In this document: positions 8,601 through 17,675 of the stretch, piece after piece
Position numbering within the stretch: the first letter of the stretch is position 1
Layout: each line of letters begins with the position of its first letter
From: Thermoplasmatota archaeon
Lineage (GTDB): Archaea; Thermoplasmatota; E2; JACPAO01; JAHFTW01
Length of the DNA stretch: 29,027 nt
Direction: 5' to 3'
Assembly: GCA_041622975.1 (NCBI GenBank)
Contig: JBFJXU010000001.1
Location: 1 to 29,027, forward strand
Translations under genes and position numbers: made by a program
Notes under the pieces: model-generated
Databases searched by the model: none
What the model saw: the letters and a program-made list of their open reading frames with translations, nothing else
What the model was told of the DNA's origin: nothing

Positions 8601-9251
8601 ATGCAACGCTACGTCCCTATCGGCGCCAGCCGACTCCATTTCATCCCAGTCGTACAACATGACCCGTTGAGCGTGGAAGCCATCACGCGGTCGCTCCAGC
8701 ACCTCCAACCACACGTGGTTGAACTTGGGATGACCATTGACGCATGGGACGATATTCTGGACGACCCCGGCCACCTCGACGAGTACGAGGCACTGGTTTA
8801 CGACCTGCTCCTCCACCGTTGGCGAACGGAGCCCAACGCCGTGTGGCGTTCCACCATGGACTGGGCCAGCAAGGAAGCAGTCAGCATACGTCCCGCCCTC
8901 AGCCTCCCCAGCCGACCCTACCCCCGCGGCCGCAAGGGTGTCAAGGGCTTGACACGCATGATCAAACGGGAGGGGTTCGAAGCCCCGACGCCCCGCCACG
9001 CACTGCACAAACTGCACTCCCTCTACATTGCACGGCTGCCCAAACTCCGTGAAGTCTTTTGGAAGACCCACCAGGAAATGGGACATCACTTGGCAAGGCG
9101 CTACGCCAACAGCAACCGGCGCGTTGCCGTGCTCATCCCCATTCCCTACGACAACGTGGTGGGGGATCTCATTACCCGACAAGCCAACGCCCAAGGCGGC
9201 GCAACACCGCGCCGTCAGGCCCACCAAGGCCCAGGTCAATGGCCCCAGTGA
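8601..9251 (+). CDS. Hypothetical protein, possibly a divergent TraB/GumN-like fold
   Basis: N-terminus LHFIPVVQHDPLSVEAI...LQPHVVELG echoes the TraB 'lvGtaH....S...v......PdvVavEl' pattern; starts 3 nt after the gamma-CA stop. Confidence 0.6.
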   Translation: MQRYVPIGASRLHFIPVVQHDPLSVEAITRSLQHLQPHVVELGMTIDAWDDILDDPGHLDEYEALVYDLLLHRWRTEPNAVWRSTMDWASKEAVSIRPALSLPSRPYPRGRKGVKGLTRMIKREGFEAPTPRHALHKLHSLYIARLPKLREVFWKTHQEMGHHLARRYANSNRRVAVLIPIPYDNVVGDLITRQANAQGGATPRRQAHQGPGQWPQ

Positions 9252-9338
9252 CGGACAGGAAATTGCCCGTGCAACGCCATCGGCCACCGGCGCGGTTCGA
9301 CTGACAACAGCCAAGACCTCTGGCGCCCCGTCCCCAGT

Positions 9339-10136
9339 ATGCGCTGGTGGCGCAATGACGCGCTCATCGCAGTCTTGGCAATCCTCAGCGTTGCCGTAGT
9401 CTACTGGTACGACATCACCGAGCCGACCGGCATGCTTCGCACGGTCATTCTGGTTGCCGACGCCATTCTCATTGTATGGTTCGTGGCCGACTGGGGCCTC
9501 GACGTCAAAGAAGCGCGGCGGCCCAAGGCCCACTTCATTCGCACGTGGTGGCACTTGCTCGGCATGGTTCCCCTGGTTTTCGCATCCCTGGGTTTCCTCC
9601 GACTCATCCGTCTCGTGCGCGTGTTCACCGCGCTGGACCAATTGCCCGCTGTACGTCGCCGCGTGGACCGACTTACCTCCAATTTCAAGGGAAGCGACCT
9701 GAAGCCGTTGGTCTTCGCCTCTGCCATCATTACGTTCGGCGGCGCCGTGCTGGTGTGGCTTGCTGAGCGTGGCGAGAACCCGCGCTTCGAGGAATTCAAC
9801 GAAGCAATCTGGTGGGCCGTTGTAACCGTCACGACCGTTGGGTACGGGGACATTACTCCCATCACACGGATTGGCCGGTCCATTGCCGTGGTACTCATGG
9901 TGACGGGCATCGGCACCATTGGGGTACTCGCAAGTCAGGTATCAGCGGCCATTATTCGCGGTGAAGACGAGGAAGAAGCCCACCGCGCAACCGGCCCCAA
10001 CGGAGCGCCGCCGACGCTGGCATCGCAGTTAGCAACCCTCAGTGACCTGCACCGGGACGGCCAGATTACGGACGACGAATACCACGATGCCAAGTCACAA
10101 ACCCTCGCCAATGGCAATTCCTCGTCCACGAAGTAG
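9339..10136 (+). CDS. Potassium channel (6TM, Kch/MVP-like) with C-terminal SHOCT domain
   Basis: Selectivity filter TVTTVGYGD; Arg-rich S4 FLRLIRLVRVF; C-terminal L..L..L...G.IT.DEY..AK. Confidence 0.9.
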   Translation: MRWWRNDALIAVLAILSVAVVYWYDITEPTGMLRTVILVADAILIVWFVADWGLDVKEARRPKAHFIRTWWHLLGMVPLVFASLGFLRLIRLVRVFTALDQLPAVRRRVDRLTSNFKGSDLKPLVFASAIITFGGAVLVWLAERGENPRFEEFNEAIWWAVVTVTTVGYGDITPITRIGRSIAVVLMVTGIGTIGVLASQVSAAIIRGEDEEEAHRATGPNGAPPTLASQLATLSDLHRDGQITDDEYHDAKSQTLANGNSSSTK

Positions 10137-10165
10137 TTTCAAGGGAAGCGCATGTGCCCGCCACC

Positions 10166-11458
10166 GTGGTCGCCATCGCCCCCCTGCGTGCCCTGCGTTA
10201 TGACCCTGACAATGTGGACATGCAGCGAGTCACGAGCCCTCCGTACGACGTCATCAGCAAGGCTGAGCGGGATGGCTTCCTTGCCGAGGACGAACGCAAC
10301 ATCATCGCGGTCATTCTAGGCCCGGGCCACGACGGCGACCAAGAGCCACCAAAGGAGCCCAACCGCTACACCCGTGCCCGCGACCACTTGGCGGCGTGGC
10401 AAACTGACGGCGCCATGGTGCGCGAAGGCGCGCCCGCCTTGTACTACTACGAAATCCAACACGACCGGGGTACCATGCAGGGCTTCTTCGCCCGGCTGCG
10501 CGTCGATGTCGACTACCAGTCCGTGAAGCGCCACGAGAAGACCCTCGCCAAGCCCAAGGCCGACCGCCTCCACCTACTCACAACCACTGATTGCGACACG
10601 GAACCAATCCAAGTGCTGTACCGTGATGAACGAGGCTGGGTGGATGAAGTGCTGCAGTCCAATGCCCTCGAATTGGTGGCGGACATCACCGATGAACAGG
10701 GGATGCGTCACCGAGTGTGGCGCATCGACCGGGGGGAAGCCATAGCCGAAGTGGTTGCCCAACTCGCGGACCGCGACGTGGTCATCGCCGATGGCCACCA
10801 CCGCTACCAGACCAGCGTTCACCGCTACCAGCAGACCGGCCGCGACGAAGACGGCAGCATCCTCGCCGTGTTTGTTAGGGACACGCATCCCGGCATCACA
10901 ATCGATCCAACACACCGGCTCATCTACGACATCACGCCGGGCGCCTGCGATTGGGACAGCCAAGAGATTCCGTTCACAGACCCTGACGACATCGTGGCCA
11001 GCCTCGACGCCGATGCCTGCGCCCTCGTCACCAAGGAATTGCTTGACCGTGGCGTGGTGCGGCGGCTGACGTACACTGGCCCGGCCGCCACGGATAGACT
11101 CAGCGGCCTGTCGGTGACCCGCGTGCATGACCACCTGTTCCCACAATGGGGCCTTACGTACGACAACCTCGAGGACCATGTCACGTACACGCGGGACAAC
11201 GCCGATGCTTTCGACGCCGTAGCACAAGGCCGAGCCCATGCCGCCGTCCTCGTGGCACCGGTTCCCGTGGATTCCGTCCTCGACGTCGCCCAGGACGGCC
11301 ACGTCATGCCCCAGAAATCCACGTACTTCATTCCCAAGATGCGCAGCGGCCTGATTCTCAGTCCCCGGGACGAGCCATTGCCCCGCACCGAGGAAGAGGA
11401 AATGGCGGCCGTGGGCGCCGGGAAACCCGACTTCCAAGGCGCCCCGCTCGGACAGTAG
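10166..11458 (+). CDS. DUF1015 family protein
   Basis: I.PLRALRY, SPPYDVIS, V.RHEKT, IADGHHRY, MPQKSTYF.PK motifs; GTG 10166 preferred over 10154 because TTTCAA lies at -29. Confidence 0.88.
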   Translation: MVAIAPLRALRYDPDNVDMQRVTSPPYDVISKAERDGFLAEDERNIIAVILGPGHDGDQEPPKEPNRYTRARDHLAAWQTDGAMVREGAPALYYYEIQHDRGTMQGFFARLRVDVDYQSVKRHEKTLAKPKADRLHLLTTTDCDTEPIQVLYRDERGWVDEVLQSNALELVADITDEQGMRHRVWRIDRGEAIAEVVAQLADRDVVIADGHHRYQTSVHRYQQTGRDEDGSILAVFVRDTHPGITIDPTHRLIYDITPGACDWDSQEIPFTDPDDIVASLDADACALVTKELLDRGVVRRLTYTGPAATDRLSGLSVTRVHDHLFPQWGLTYDNLEDHVTYTRDNADAFDAVAQGRAHAAVLVAPVPVDSVLDVAQDGHVMPQKSTYFIPKMRSGLILSPRDEPLPRTEEEEMAAVGAGKPDFQGAPLGQ

Positions 11459-11489
11459 GGTTCAACCCTGCAAACCTGTTGGAGGTCGT

Positions 11490-11885
11490 GTGCCCCGTCC
11501 GTTCTTTTACGGCTCCTACATGGACCCCGATGTCCTTGCCAAGTATGGCGCCACGCCGGGCGCTATCACGGCGGCGCACCTCGATGACTGGGAATTGGGC
11601 TTCACGCCTCACGCCAACATCCATGAAGCCCCGGGCCGCCGCGTGCACGGATTCCTCGTCGAGGTAAGCGAGGACGACCTGGCGCGCCTGTACGGGCCAA
11701 GTGGCTTCGTCACCGACTACGAGCCCGTTGCCGTCACCGCAGAAACCCTCGACGGGCCGGTGCCGACATCCACGTTCGTTGCTCCTTGGACCCCACAGAG
11801 TCCCGACCCCAATTACTTGGCCTCATTCCTGGCCATTTGCGGCCGCCTCGGACTTCCGGCCGCCTACGTGGAGAGCATTGCATGA
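11490..11885 (+). CDS. Gamma-glutamylcyclotransferase family protein
   Basis: N-terminal FFYGSYMD motif, V.G.L.EV segment, YL..I...G..LG.P..Y tail. Confidence 0.82.
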   Translation: MPRPFFYGSYMDPDVLAKYGATPGAITAAHLDDWELGFTPHANIHEAPGRRVHGFLVEVSEDDLARLYGPSGFVTDYEPVAVTAETLDGPVPTSTFVAPWTPQSPDPNYLASFLAICGRLGLPAAYVESIA

Positions 11886-12334
11886 AACAAGTCGCCGTGC
11901 AGGACCGACCGCGCCATCGGCGCAACCTGGAGGTTCTCTTTGTCCGCGATATCCACCCACTGAGCCCCGCCCAGGTGCGGGTCTGGGATGGCCAGGCAGA
12001 AGTGACCGCCGACAGCGACGTGCTCGATGACCCCGCCGACCCGGCTGCGGAAACGGCTCGTCAAGCCCTGGAGTCAGCGTGCTTCAACGCAGCGCAATCC
12101 ATCAGCCTGCACCTGTGGGGACCCGTCGAAGCCGCGTTCCGCTTGCGACCCCATCTGCCGACTCGGGTGCGTGCCGTTGGGAGGGTCCAGGGCGAAGGCC
12201 CCGAAGGATCCGTTTTGTGCCGGGGCCTTCTGTTGGACGAAGATGGCCGACGCGTCGGTGTTTGCAACATGACGTTCCGGCCCGTTCCCGAAGGTAAGCC
12301 CGAGATCAGGCAAGCAGCACTGGCACATCACTGA
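11882..12334 (+). CDS. Hotdog-fold (thioesterase-like) hypothetical protein
   Basis: ATGA-coupled to the GGCT gene (start ATG 11882); long helix followed by alternating beta strands ending 'LLDEDGRRVGVCNMTF'. Confidence 0.6.
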   Translation: MKQVAVQDRPRHRRNLEVLFVRDIHPLSPAQVRVWDGQAEVTADSDVLDDPADPAAETARQALESACFNAAQSISLHLWGPVEAAFRLRPHLPTRVRAVGRVQGEGPEGSVLCRGLLLDEDGRRVGVCNMTFRPVPEGKPEIRQAALAHH

Positions 12335-12689
12335 CGGCCTTCTTGCCCAGAATCACCTGGACAAGTTCGTCAATGGGAACGCCCTTGGTGATGTAGGCGT
12401 CGGCCCCGGCGGCCGCCGTTTGCGCGGAGGCAGACTGGGGCGGCAATGCTGACAGAACCACGATGCGCGTCTTGGGCAGCAGGGTCCGAATGCGCGGCAG
12501 TGCTTCCAAGCCGTCCATGACGGGCATGCATAAGTCCAGCACGACCACGTCAGGCGGGTCGGCCATGTGAATCAGTGCCCTCATGGGGTCCGCTGCTTCC
12601 GCGATGTCAGTGATGCCAGCATCACGTAGGCATTCAGCCACCATGCGGCGGTATCCGGGCGAGTCGTCAATGAGTAGTATTCGCGTCAT
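12306..12689 (-). CDS. Stand-alone response regulator receiver (CheY-like)
   Basis: ILLIDD, phosphoacceptor DLCMP.MDG, LS and YITK motifs; SD AGGAG upstream. Confidence 0.92.
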   Translation of the reverse strand: MTRILLIDDSPGYRRMVAECLRDAGITDIAEAADPMRALIHMADPPDVVVLDLCMPVMDGLEALPRIRTLLPKTRIVVLSALPPQSASAQTAAAGADAYITKGVPIDELVQVILGKKAVSDVPVLLA

Positions 12690-13168
12690 GGTCGTCTCCT
12701 GAGGGCTCCAGGCAGGGGGGTGCCCTGGCCCATCTGGCGGCGCGCTGATTCCAGCACGCCCGCCAAGAGGGAAACCGTGCGAGGCGCTTCGCCTCGTTCG
12801 GCTGCAATCTTGGCTTCCGCGATGGCCTGCAGAAGGTCATCCCGTTCGCGGTCGGGGCCCCATTGTTCTTTGTGAGCAAGAAACAGCGCCAAAGCCATGA
12901 GGCCCGTGGCGCCAGGGAGCAGTGACAGGTCAGCAGCGCCAGCGACCCCTGCTAGGAGGCCGCCGACGAGCGCCAGTACGATTGGTCGGAGGCCCGCGCG
13001 CACCGGCTCCTTGGGGGAGAAGGCACCTGAACCGTGGGCCACGAGCCATGCAATGGCGGGGGCGGCCACGATGCCAGTCCAATCGACCATACAGCGCAAC
13101 AATTCGAAACCCATGTAGCATAGCGTTGCAAGATTCGCGGCAGCATCTAAAGTGAGCCGCCGGTCCAC
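12686..13168 (-). CDS. Hypothetical membrane protein (3-4 TM)
   Basis: Hydrophobic segments then a helical tail; ATGA overlap with the receiver gene. Confidence 0.7.
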   Translation of the reverse strand: MDRRLTLDAAANLATLCYMGFELLRCMVDWTGIVAAPAIAWLVAHGSGAFSPKEPVRAGLRPIVLALVGGLLAGVAGAADLSLLPGATGLMALALFLAHKEQWGPDRERDDLLQAIAEAKIAAERGEAPRTVSLLAGVLESARRQMGQGTPLPGALRRRP

Positions 13169-13173
13169 GCAAC

Positions 13174-13647
13174 GTGGACGCCGTACCCATGTCCCAGTCG
13201 GCTAGCACGTTAAGCCGGCTGGTCCAACCCGACGAGGCCAACGTATACGGCAACGTACACGGAGGCGCCATCCTGAAGTATATCGATGAAGCCGCCGCCG
13301 TCGCCGCGTGGCGTCACTGCCGCAAGCCCAAGGTTGTCACGGCCAGTTTTGAAAGGATGAGTTTCCGACAACCCGTGTTCGTCGGCGATATCCTGCATGT
13401 GCATGCCACCGTCCGCCACACGGGGCGAACCAGCATGATCGTGGGCGTGCGCGTGGAAGCAGAAGACCCCCCCACGGGTGAGACCAGGCATGTGGGATCC
13501 GCGCACGTGACGTTCGTGGCCTTGGACAAGAATAGCCAACCGACGCCCGTGCCGGGGGTTCGCGCCGAGACGCCGGCCGAGGAAGAAAAGATGGCCCGTG
13601 CCAGGCACGTGCACGAGACCATCAAGGCTGCCTTAGCCGACGATTAG
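13174..13647 (+). CDS. Acyl-CoA thioesterase (YciA-like hotdog fold)
   Basis: N.YGNVHGG.ILKYIDEAA, VTAS...F..PV.VGD, G.TSM.V.V.V motifs. Confidence 0.92.
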   Translation: MDAVPMSQSASTLSRLVQPDEANVYGNVHGGAILKYIDEAAAVAAWRHCRKPKVVTASFERMSFRQPVFVGDILHVHATVRHTGRTSMIVGVRVEAEDPPTGETRHVGSAHVTFVALDKNSQPTPVPGVRAETPAEEEKMARARHVHETIKAALADD

Positions 13648-13654
13648 GGACGCT

Positions 13655-13789
13655 TCAAACTTCGACGCCGCCGGTCAGGTACTGGCGATGGAAGCGCTGC
13701 AACTCGGCGGTCAGTCCAAGGTAACTCGACTGCAGGGTCATGTGCACTTCCTGGTCTTCCAGGCTTCCGACAACAAGATCGTAGGGCAT
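13655..13789 (-). CDS. Small protein, 44 aa (MPYDLVVGSLEDQEVHMTLQSSYLGLTAELQRFHRQYLTGGVEV), absent from the ORF track
   Basis: SD GGAGG at 13796-13800, 6 nt before ATG; fills an otherwise empty gap and ends 7 nt from the convergent thioesterase stop. Confidence 0.65.
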   Translation of the reverse strand: MPYDLVVGSLEDQEVHMTLQSSYLGLTAELQRFHRQYLTGGVEV

Positions 13790-13988
13790 GTGTTTCCTCC
13801 CAACATCAACTTGGCTTTACAGCCCCAAAGGTAAGCGCAGAGAAACCGCGTGACGGGGGCTTGCATGCCGCCAGGGATGCGGACCTCCGCTGCGGCCTAG
13901 CCCATCCGCTATCTTGGCGACAGAAAAAACGGCCACGCAACCAAGTCCGCCCCCAACCCTCAAACCGGGAGCCTCTCTGGCGCGCGCC

Positions 13989-15392
13989 ATGAGTGAAGGC
14001 ACCTTCGAATCCATGACCGGCCCCCAGACCCGGACGGAGGCGGACAGCATGGGCGAAATGGAAGTCCCCATTGATGCAAAGTGGCGCGCCAGCACCCAAC
14101 GCGCCATCCTCAATTTCCCCGTGAGTGGCTTGACCATGAGCGACGAGTTTGTGCAGTCGCTCGGCTTGGTCAAGTGGGCTTGTGCCATGGCCAACAAGGA
14201 CCTGGGCACGCTCGACGCCGACATGGCCGATGCCATCGCCGAGGCCGCCTACGCCATCTACCAAGGTGATCACGGCGACCAATTCCCCGTTGATGTCTTC
14301 CAGACGGGTAGCGGCACGTCCAGCAACATGAACGCCAACGAAGTCATTGCAACCCTCGCAACCGGCATTCTCGGCAAAGACGTCCACCCCAACGACCACG
14401 TCAACCTGGGCCAATCATCCAACGACATCATCCCAACGACGATGCACGTGGCCGCCGCCATCCAAATGGAGCACATCCTCGTTGATTCGCTTGGCTACTT
14501 GCACGAATGCCTGACGCAGAAAGCAAGCCAATTCGATGACGTGGTCAAGATCGGCCGCACCCACCTCATGGACGCCGTGCCCATCCGACTTGGCCAAGAA
14601 TTCAGTGGGTACGCCCGCCAAGTCGAATTGGCCATGGACCGCGTCAAGGCCGCCGTCCCCGGCCTGCTGGAATTGGCCCAAGGTGGCACCGCTGTCGGCA
14701 CGGGCCTCAATGCCCACCCCGAGTTCGGAAGCAAAGTCGCCGAGTACCTGAGCCAGGCCAGTGGCCTCGCGTTCCGCGAGGCAGACAATCACTTCGAAGC
14801 CCAAGGGTCCCGCGACGCCTACGTCTTCGCCGCGGGCACCTTGGACACGGTCGCAGCCAGCCTGATGAAAATCGCCAACGACGTCCGCCTCATGGGCAGC
14901 GGGCCCGACTGCGGCCTCGGAGAACTACAACTCCCCGCAATCCAACCTGGCTCAAGCATTATGCCTGGCAAAGTGAACCCCGTCATCTGCGAAGCGGTCG
15001 TGCAGGTAGGCGCCCATGTCACTGGCAATAATCAAGCGGTGCGCGTCGGCGGCCAATGGGGCCAACTGGACCTCAACGTCATGCTCCCCATGATGGCCCA
15101 CAACCTCCTCGAATCGATTCGCCTACTGGGCAATGTCAGCCGCGTCTTCGTGGACAAATGTCTGGGAGATCTGGATGCCAACAAGGAAGTGGCCGAAGGC
15201 TACGTGGAGCGCAGCATCAGCATGGCGACCGCCCTCAATCCGCTCATTGGATACGACAAGGCGGCGAAGATCGCCAAGGAGTCGTTCAAGACCAAGCGGA
15301 CGGTGCGGGAATTGGCCTACGAAATGTCCGGCCTGAGCAAAGAAGAAGTGGATGCGGCACTCGAGCCCAGGAAGCAGACTGAACAGTTGTAG
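13989..15392 (+). CDS. fumC: Fumarate hydratase class II
   Basis: R.E.DSMG, QTGSGTSSNMNANE, HPND.VN.GQSSND, KIGRTHLMDA.P, signature GSSIMPGKVNP. Confidence 0.9.
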   Translation: MSEGTFESMTGPQTRTEADSMGEMEVPIDAKWRASTQRAILNFPVSGLTMSDEFVQSLGLVKWACAMANKDLGTLDADMADAIAEAAYAIYQGDHGDQFPVDVFQTGSGTSSNMNANEVIATLATGILGKDVHPNDHVNLGQSSNDIIPTTMHVAAAIQMEHILVDSLGYLHECLTQKASQFDDVVKIGRTHLMDAVPIRLGQEFSGYARQVELAMDRVKAAVPGLLELAQGGTAVGTGLNAHPEFGSKVAEYLSQASGLAFREADNHFEAQGSRDAYVFAAGTLDTVAASLMKIANDVRLMGSGPDCGLGELQLPAIQPGSSIMPGKVNPVICEAVVQVGAHVTGNNQAVRVGGQWGQLDLNVMLPMMAHNLLESIRLLGNVSRVFVDKCLGDLDANKEVAEGYVERSISMATALNPLIGYDKAAKIAKESFKTKRTVRELAYEMSGLSKEEVDAALEPRKQTEQL

Positions 15393-15500
15393 GGCACCAT
15401 CTTGCCAGCGAGGGCATCGGTCGTTGCGGACCGTACCCAGCGCGACTGCGCCTTATTCCCATAGCCAACTTTCTTTGCGCAGGATTGTCATTGGGGGCGC

Positions 15501-15911
15501 ATGCGCAACGCCATGCTTGCAATTGGGCTCGCATGCCTCGTCACGACAACCGTAGTCGTTTCGGCGTCTGGCTCTGCTGCCCATCATGTCAGCGTCGGCC
15601 TCGAAAAACGGTCCCATGATTGCACATCGGCCGCGCCGCCCAACGACAACACTAGCATCTTCGTGAGTTCCGAGCCTGGCTTACTCCTGCCGCCTTCAAT
15701 TCGCATGGCTCGCGATTGTGATGGAAGCAACGAAACCGTAGGCGGATACATAATCCAGTCAGACAATCATGACGGGGATTGCCGCACATTGATTTCGCTG
15801 GCGTGGAGGTGGCTACCCATCTGTATACGGGGAGAACTGCACCAAGCCATGTGGTCTGCCCTCGATTTAGTACCAGACTTCAAGCACGAGGTTCGCCCAA
15901 GCCATGACTAA
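15501..15911 (+). CDS. Orphan ORF with a signal-peptide-like N-terminus
   Basis: Fills the gap between fumC and the CocE gene; hydrophobic N-terminus; atypical codons (ATA, TTA, CTA, GTA). Confidence 0.4.
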   Translation: MRNAMLAIGLACLVTTTVVVSASGSAAHHVSVGLEKRSHDCTSAAPPNDNTSIFVSSEPGLLLPPSIRMARDCDGSNETVGGYIIQSDNHDGDCRTLISLAWRWLPICIRGELHQAMWSALDLVPDFKHEVRPSHD

Positions 15912-15974
15912 GGCCAGGCTCAAGGAGTGTCCTCACGCCTGAAAGTCCAATAGCACGAGCAACGTGGCGCACTC

Positions 15975-17675
15975 ATGCGCTTCTTGATCGCCGCTCCCCT
16001 CCTCGTCGCCGTCCTCTCCGGCTGCGTCTCATCCGACCCCGTGCCCGTGGCCGAGCCGACGCCGTGGCAGGAACTACTTTCTGAGCCAATCTTCGACGCG
16101 GTCACGTCCTCCGTTCACTACATCGAAGCCGAGGATGGCACCCAGTTGAGCCTCACCGTTTACCTGCCCGTCGGCCTTGATGAACCGGCCCCTACCCTGC
16201 TTCAACTAACCCCTTACCAACCCTTGAACTTCAACAGCCCCGCAACGGGCACGTTTGCAGGCCGCGCCTGGGAAGATTTCGTCCTGCGCGGCGCCGTCTA
16301 CGTGGAAGCCGATGCCCGCGGCACCAATGGCTCCGAGGGGTGCCTAGACTTCGGTGGCTCCGCCGACCGCAGCGACGCCCGCGTGTTCACCGAATGGATT
16401 CGCGCACAGGACTGGTCCAACGGCGTCATTGTATCCGACGGCGTCAGCCACCCCGGCATGGGCAGCGTCGTTGCCCACGTCGCCGACCCCCAATTGACAG
16501 CCTCCTTGGCGCACGCGCCCGTGGTTTCCTACTACCAAGACGAATGGCTCCAGGGCGCCAAGTTCGAGGACCAACTCAACGGACCCCTCTACCAAGCCAT
16601 CGAACTAGCCCCGGCTTTGACAGGTGACCCCGAATCCGTAGCCGCCCAAGCAGCGCCTTGCACCGGGGCCACCACCCTCGACTACAGCCAACCCGAAGGC
16701 CGCTTCAACGACCTCTGGCAGGACCGCGACCTGAGCCTCGCCGTCAGGGAGTTAGACGCCGCACCCGAGGCGCCAATCCTCCTCACCCACGGCTTCGTCG
16801 ACATCAACGTCCACCCCGACCACAGCCAACTGCACTACGACGCACTCAAGGACCTCGGCACCGACGCCTGGGGCATCTTCGGCTGGTGGTACCACGGCTG
16901 GCCCGACATGGAAGGCCACCCAGCTGAAACGTTCCAGGACTGGCGCCACCGCTGGCTCGACGCCACACTATTTGGTACCGACAACGGCCTATGGGACGAG
17001 CCCAAGATCCTCGTGGAAGACTCCACGGGCACATGGCACAAGAGCAACAACTGGCCCATCGACGGCTCCGAGACAGTCACGCTGTACCCCGACGCCGACA
17101 ACCTCGTTGCCAGCGCCAGCGCCGCCGGTGAAGTAGCCTACCTCGACAATGCCGAGACCCGCCGCAACGACTGGGTAGGCAGCGTCGCGTTCAGCACGGA
17201 ACCCCTGGATGCGCCCCGCCTCGTCAACGGCGCCCCCACATTGACCCTCCACGCAACCAGCACAGCCACCCAGACCAAGTGGGTCGCATACCTCTTCGAT
17301 GAGGCACCCGACGGTAGCCGCACGCGCATAACACACGGCTACGCCGACAGCCACATCCGGGCGCCCCAAATCGACGAATGGGTAGACATCACGCCTGGCC
17401 AAGCAGACACGTGGACCATCCCCCTACAGCCCACCGCAGTTGTGGTCGAAGAAGGCCACCGACTGGTCCTGATGATTACCAGCCAGGACTCGCGCCGCGC
17501 TGGATTCGCCACCACGGACCCGTGCATGGAAGATTTCCGCGGCGGCTGCTACAACCCCAGCGGCATCCTACCCGCCGGCAGCGCAGGCACCGCCGTGAAC
17601 ACCATCGTCACGGGCCCCGACGCAACGCGCGTTGAACTGGCGTGGGTGGACCCCGCCATCACCGTGAAGGCTTAG
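15975..17675 (+). CDS. CocE/NonD (Xaa-Pro dipeptidyl-peptidase-like) hydrolase, lipoprotein
   Basis: Lipobox LSGC; TPY; D.RG...SEG; nucleophile elbow GVSHPG; HG..D.NV; C-terminal beta-sandwich with W.A.L.D and RIT.G. Confidence 0.88.
   Translation: MRFLIAAPLLVAVLSGCVSSDPVPVAEPTPWQELLSEPIFDAVTSSVHYIEAEDGTQLSLTVYLPVGLDEPAPTLLQLTPYQPLNFNSPATGTFAGRAWEDFVLRGAVYVEADARGTNGSEGCLDFGGSADRSDARVFTEWIRAQDWSNGVIVSDGVSHPGMGSVVAHVADPQLTASLAHAPVVSYYQDEWLQGAKFEDQLNGPLYQAIELAPALTGDPESVAAQAAPCTGATTLDYSQPEGRFNDLWQDRDLSLAVRELDAAPEAPILLTHGFVDINVHPDHSQLHYDALKDLGTDAWGIFGWWYHGWPDMEGHPAETFQDWRHRWLDATLFGTDNGLWDEPKILVEDSTGTWHKSNNWPIDGSETVTLYPDADNLVASASAAGEVAYLDNAETRRNDWVGSVAFSTEPLDAPRLVNGAPTLTLHATSTATQTKWVAYLFDEAPDGSRTRITHGYADSHIRAPQIDEWVDITPGQADTWTIPLQPTAVVVEEGHRLVLMITSQDSRRAGFATTDPCMEDFRGGCYNPSGILPAGSAGTAVNTIVTGPDATRVELAWVDPAITVKA

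Noticed and set aside
8025-9641. 538-aa minus-strand ORF
   Set aside because: Shadow of the gamma-CA, TraB-like and K+ channel genes, which carry the recognisable motifs
9683-10150. 14-bp direct repeat TTTCAAGGGAAGCG (9683-9696 and 10137-10150)
   Set aside because: A rough uniform-base estimate gives a few chance 14-mer pairs per 29 kb; one copy is coding and the other is explained as a TATA-like box
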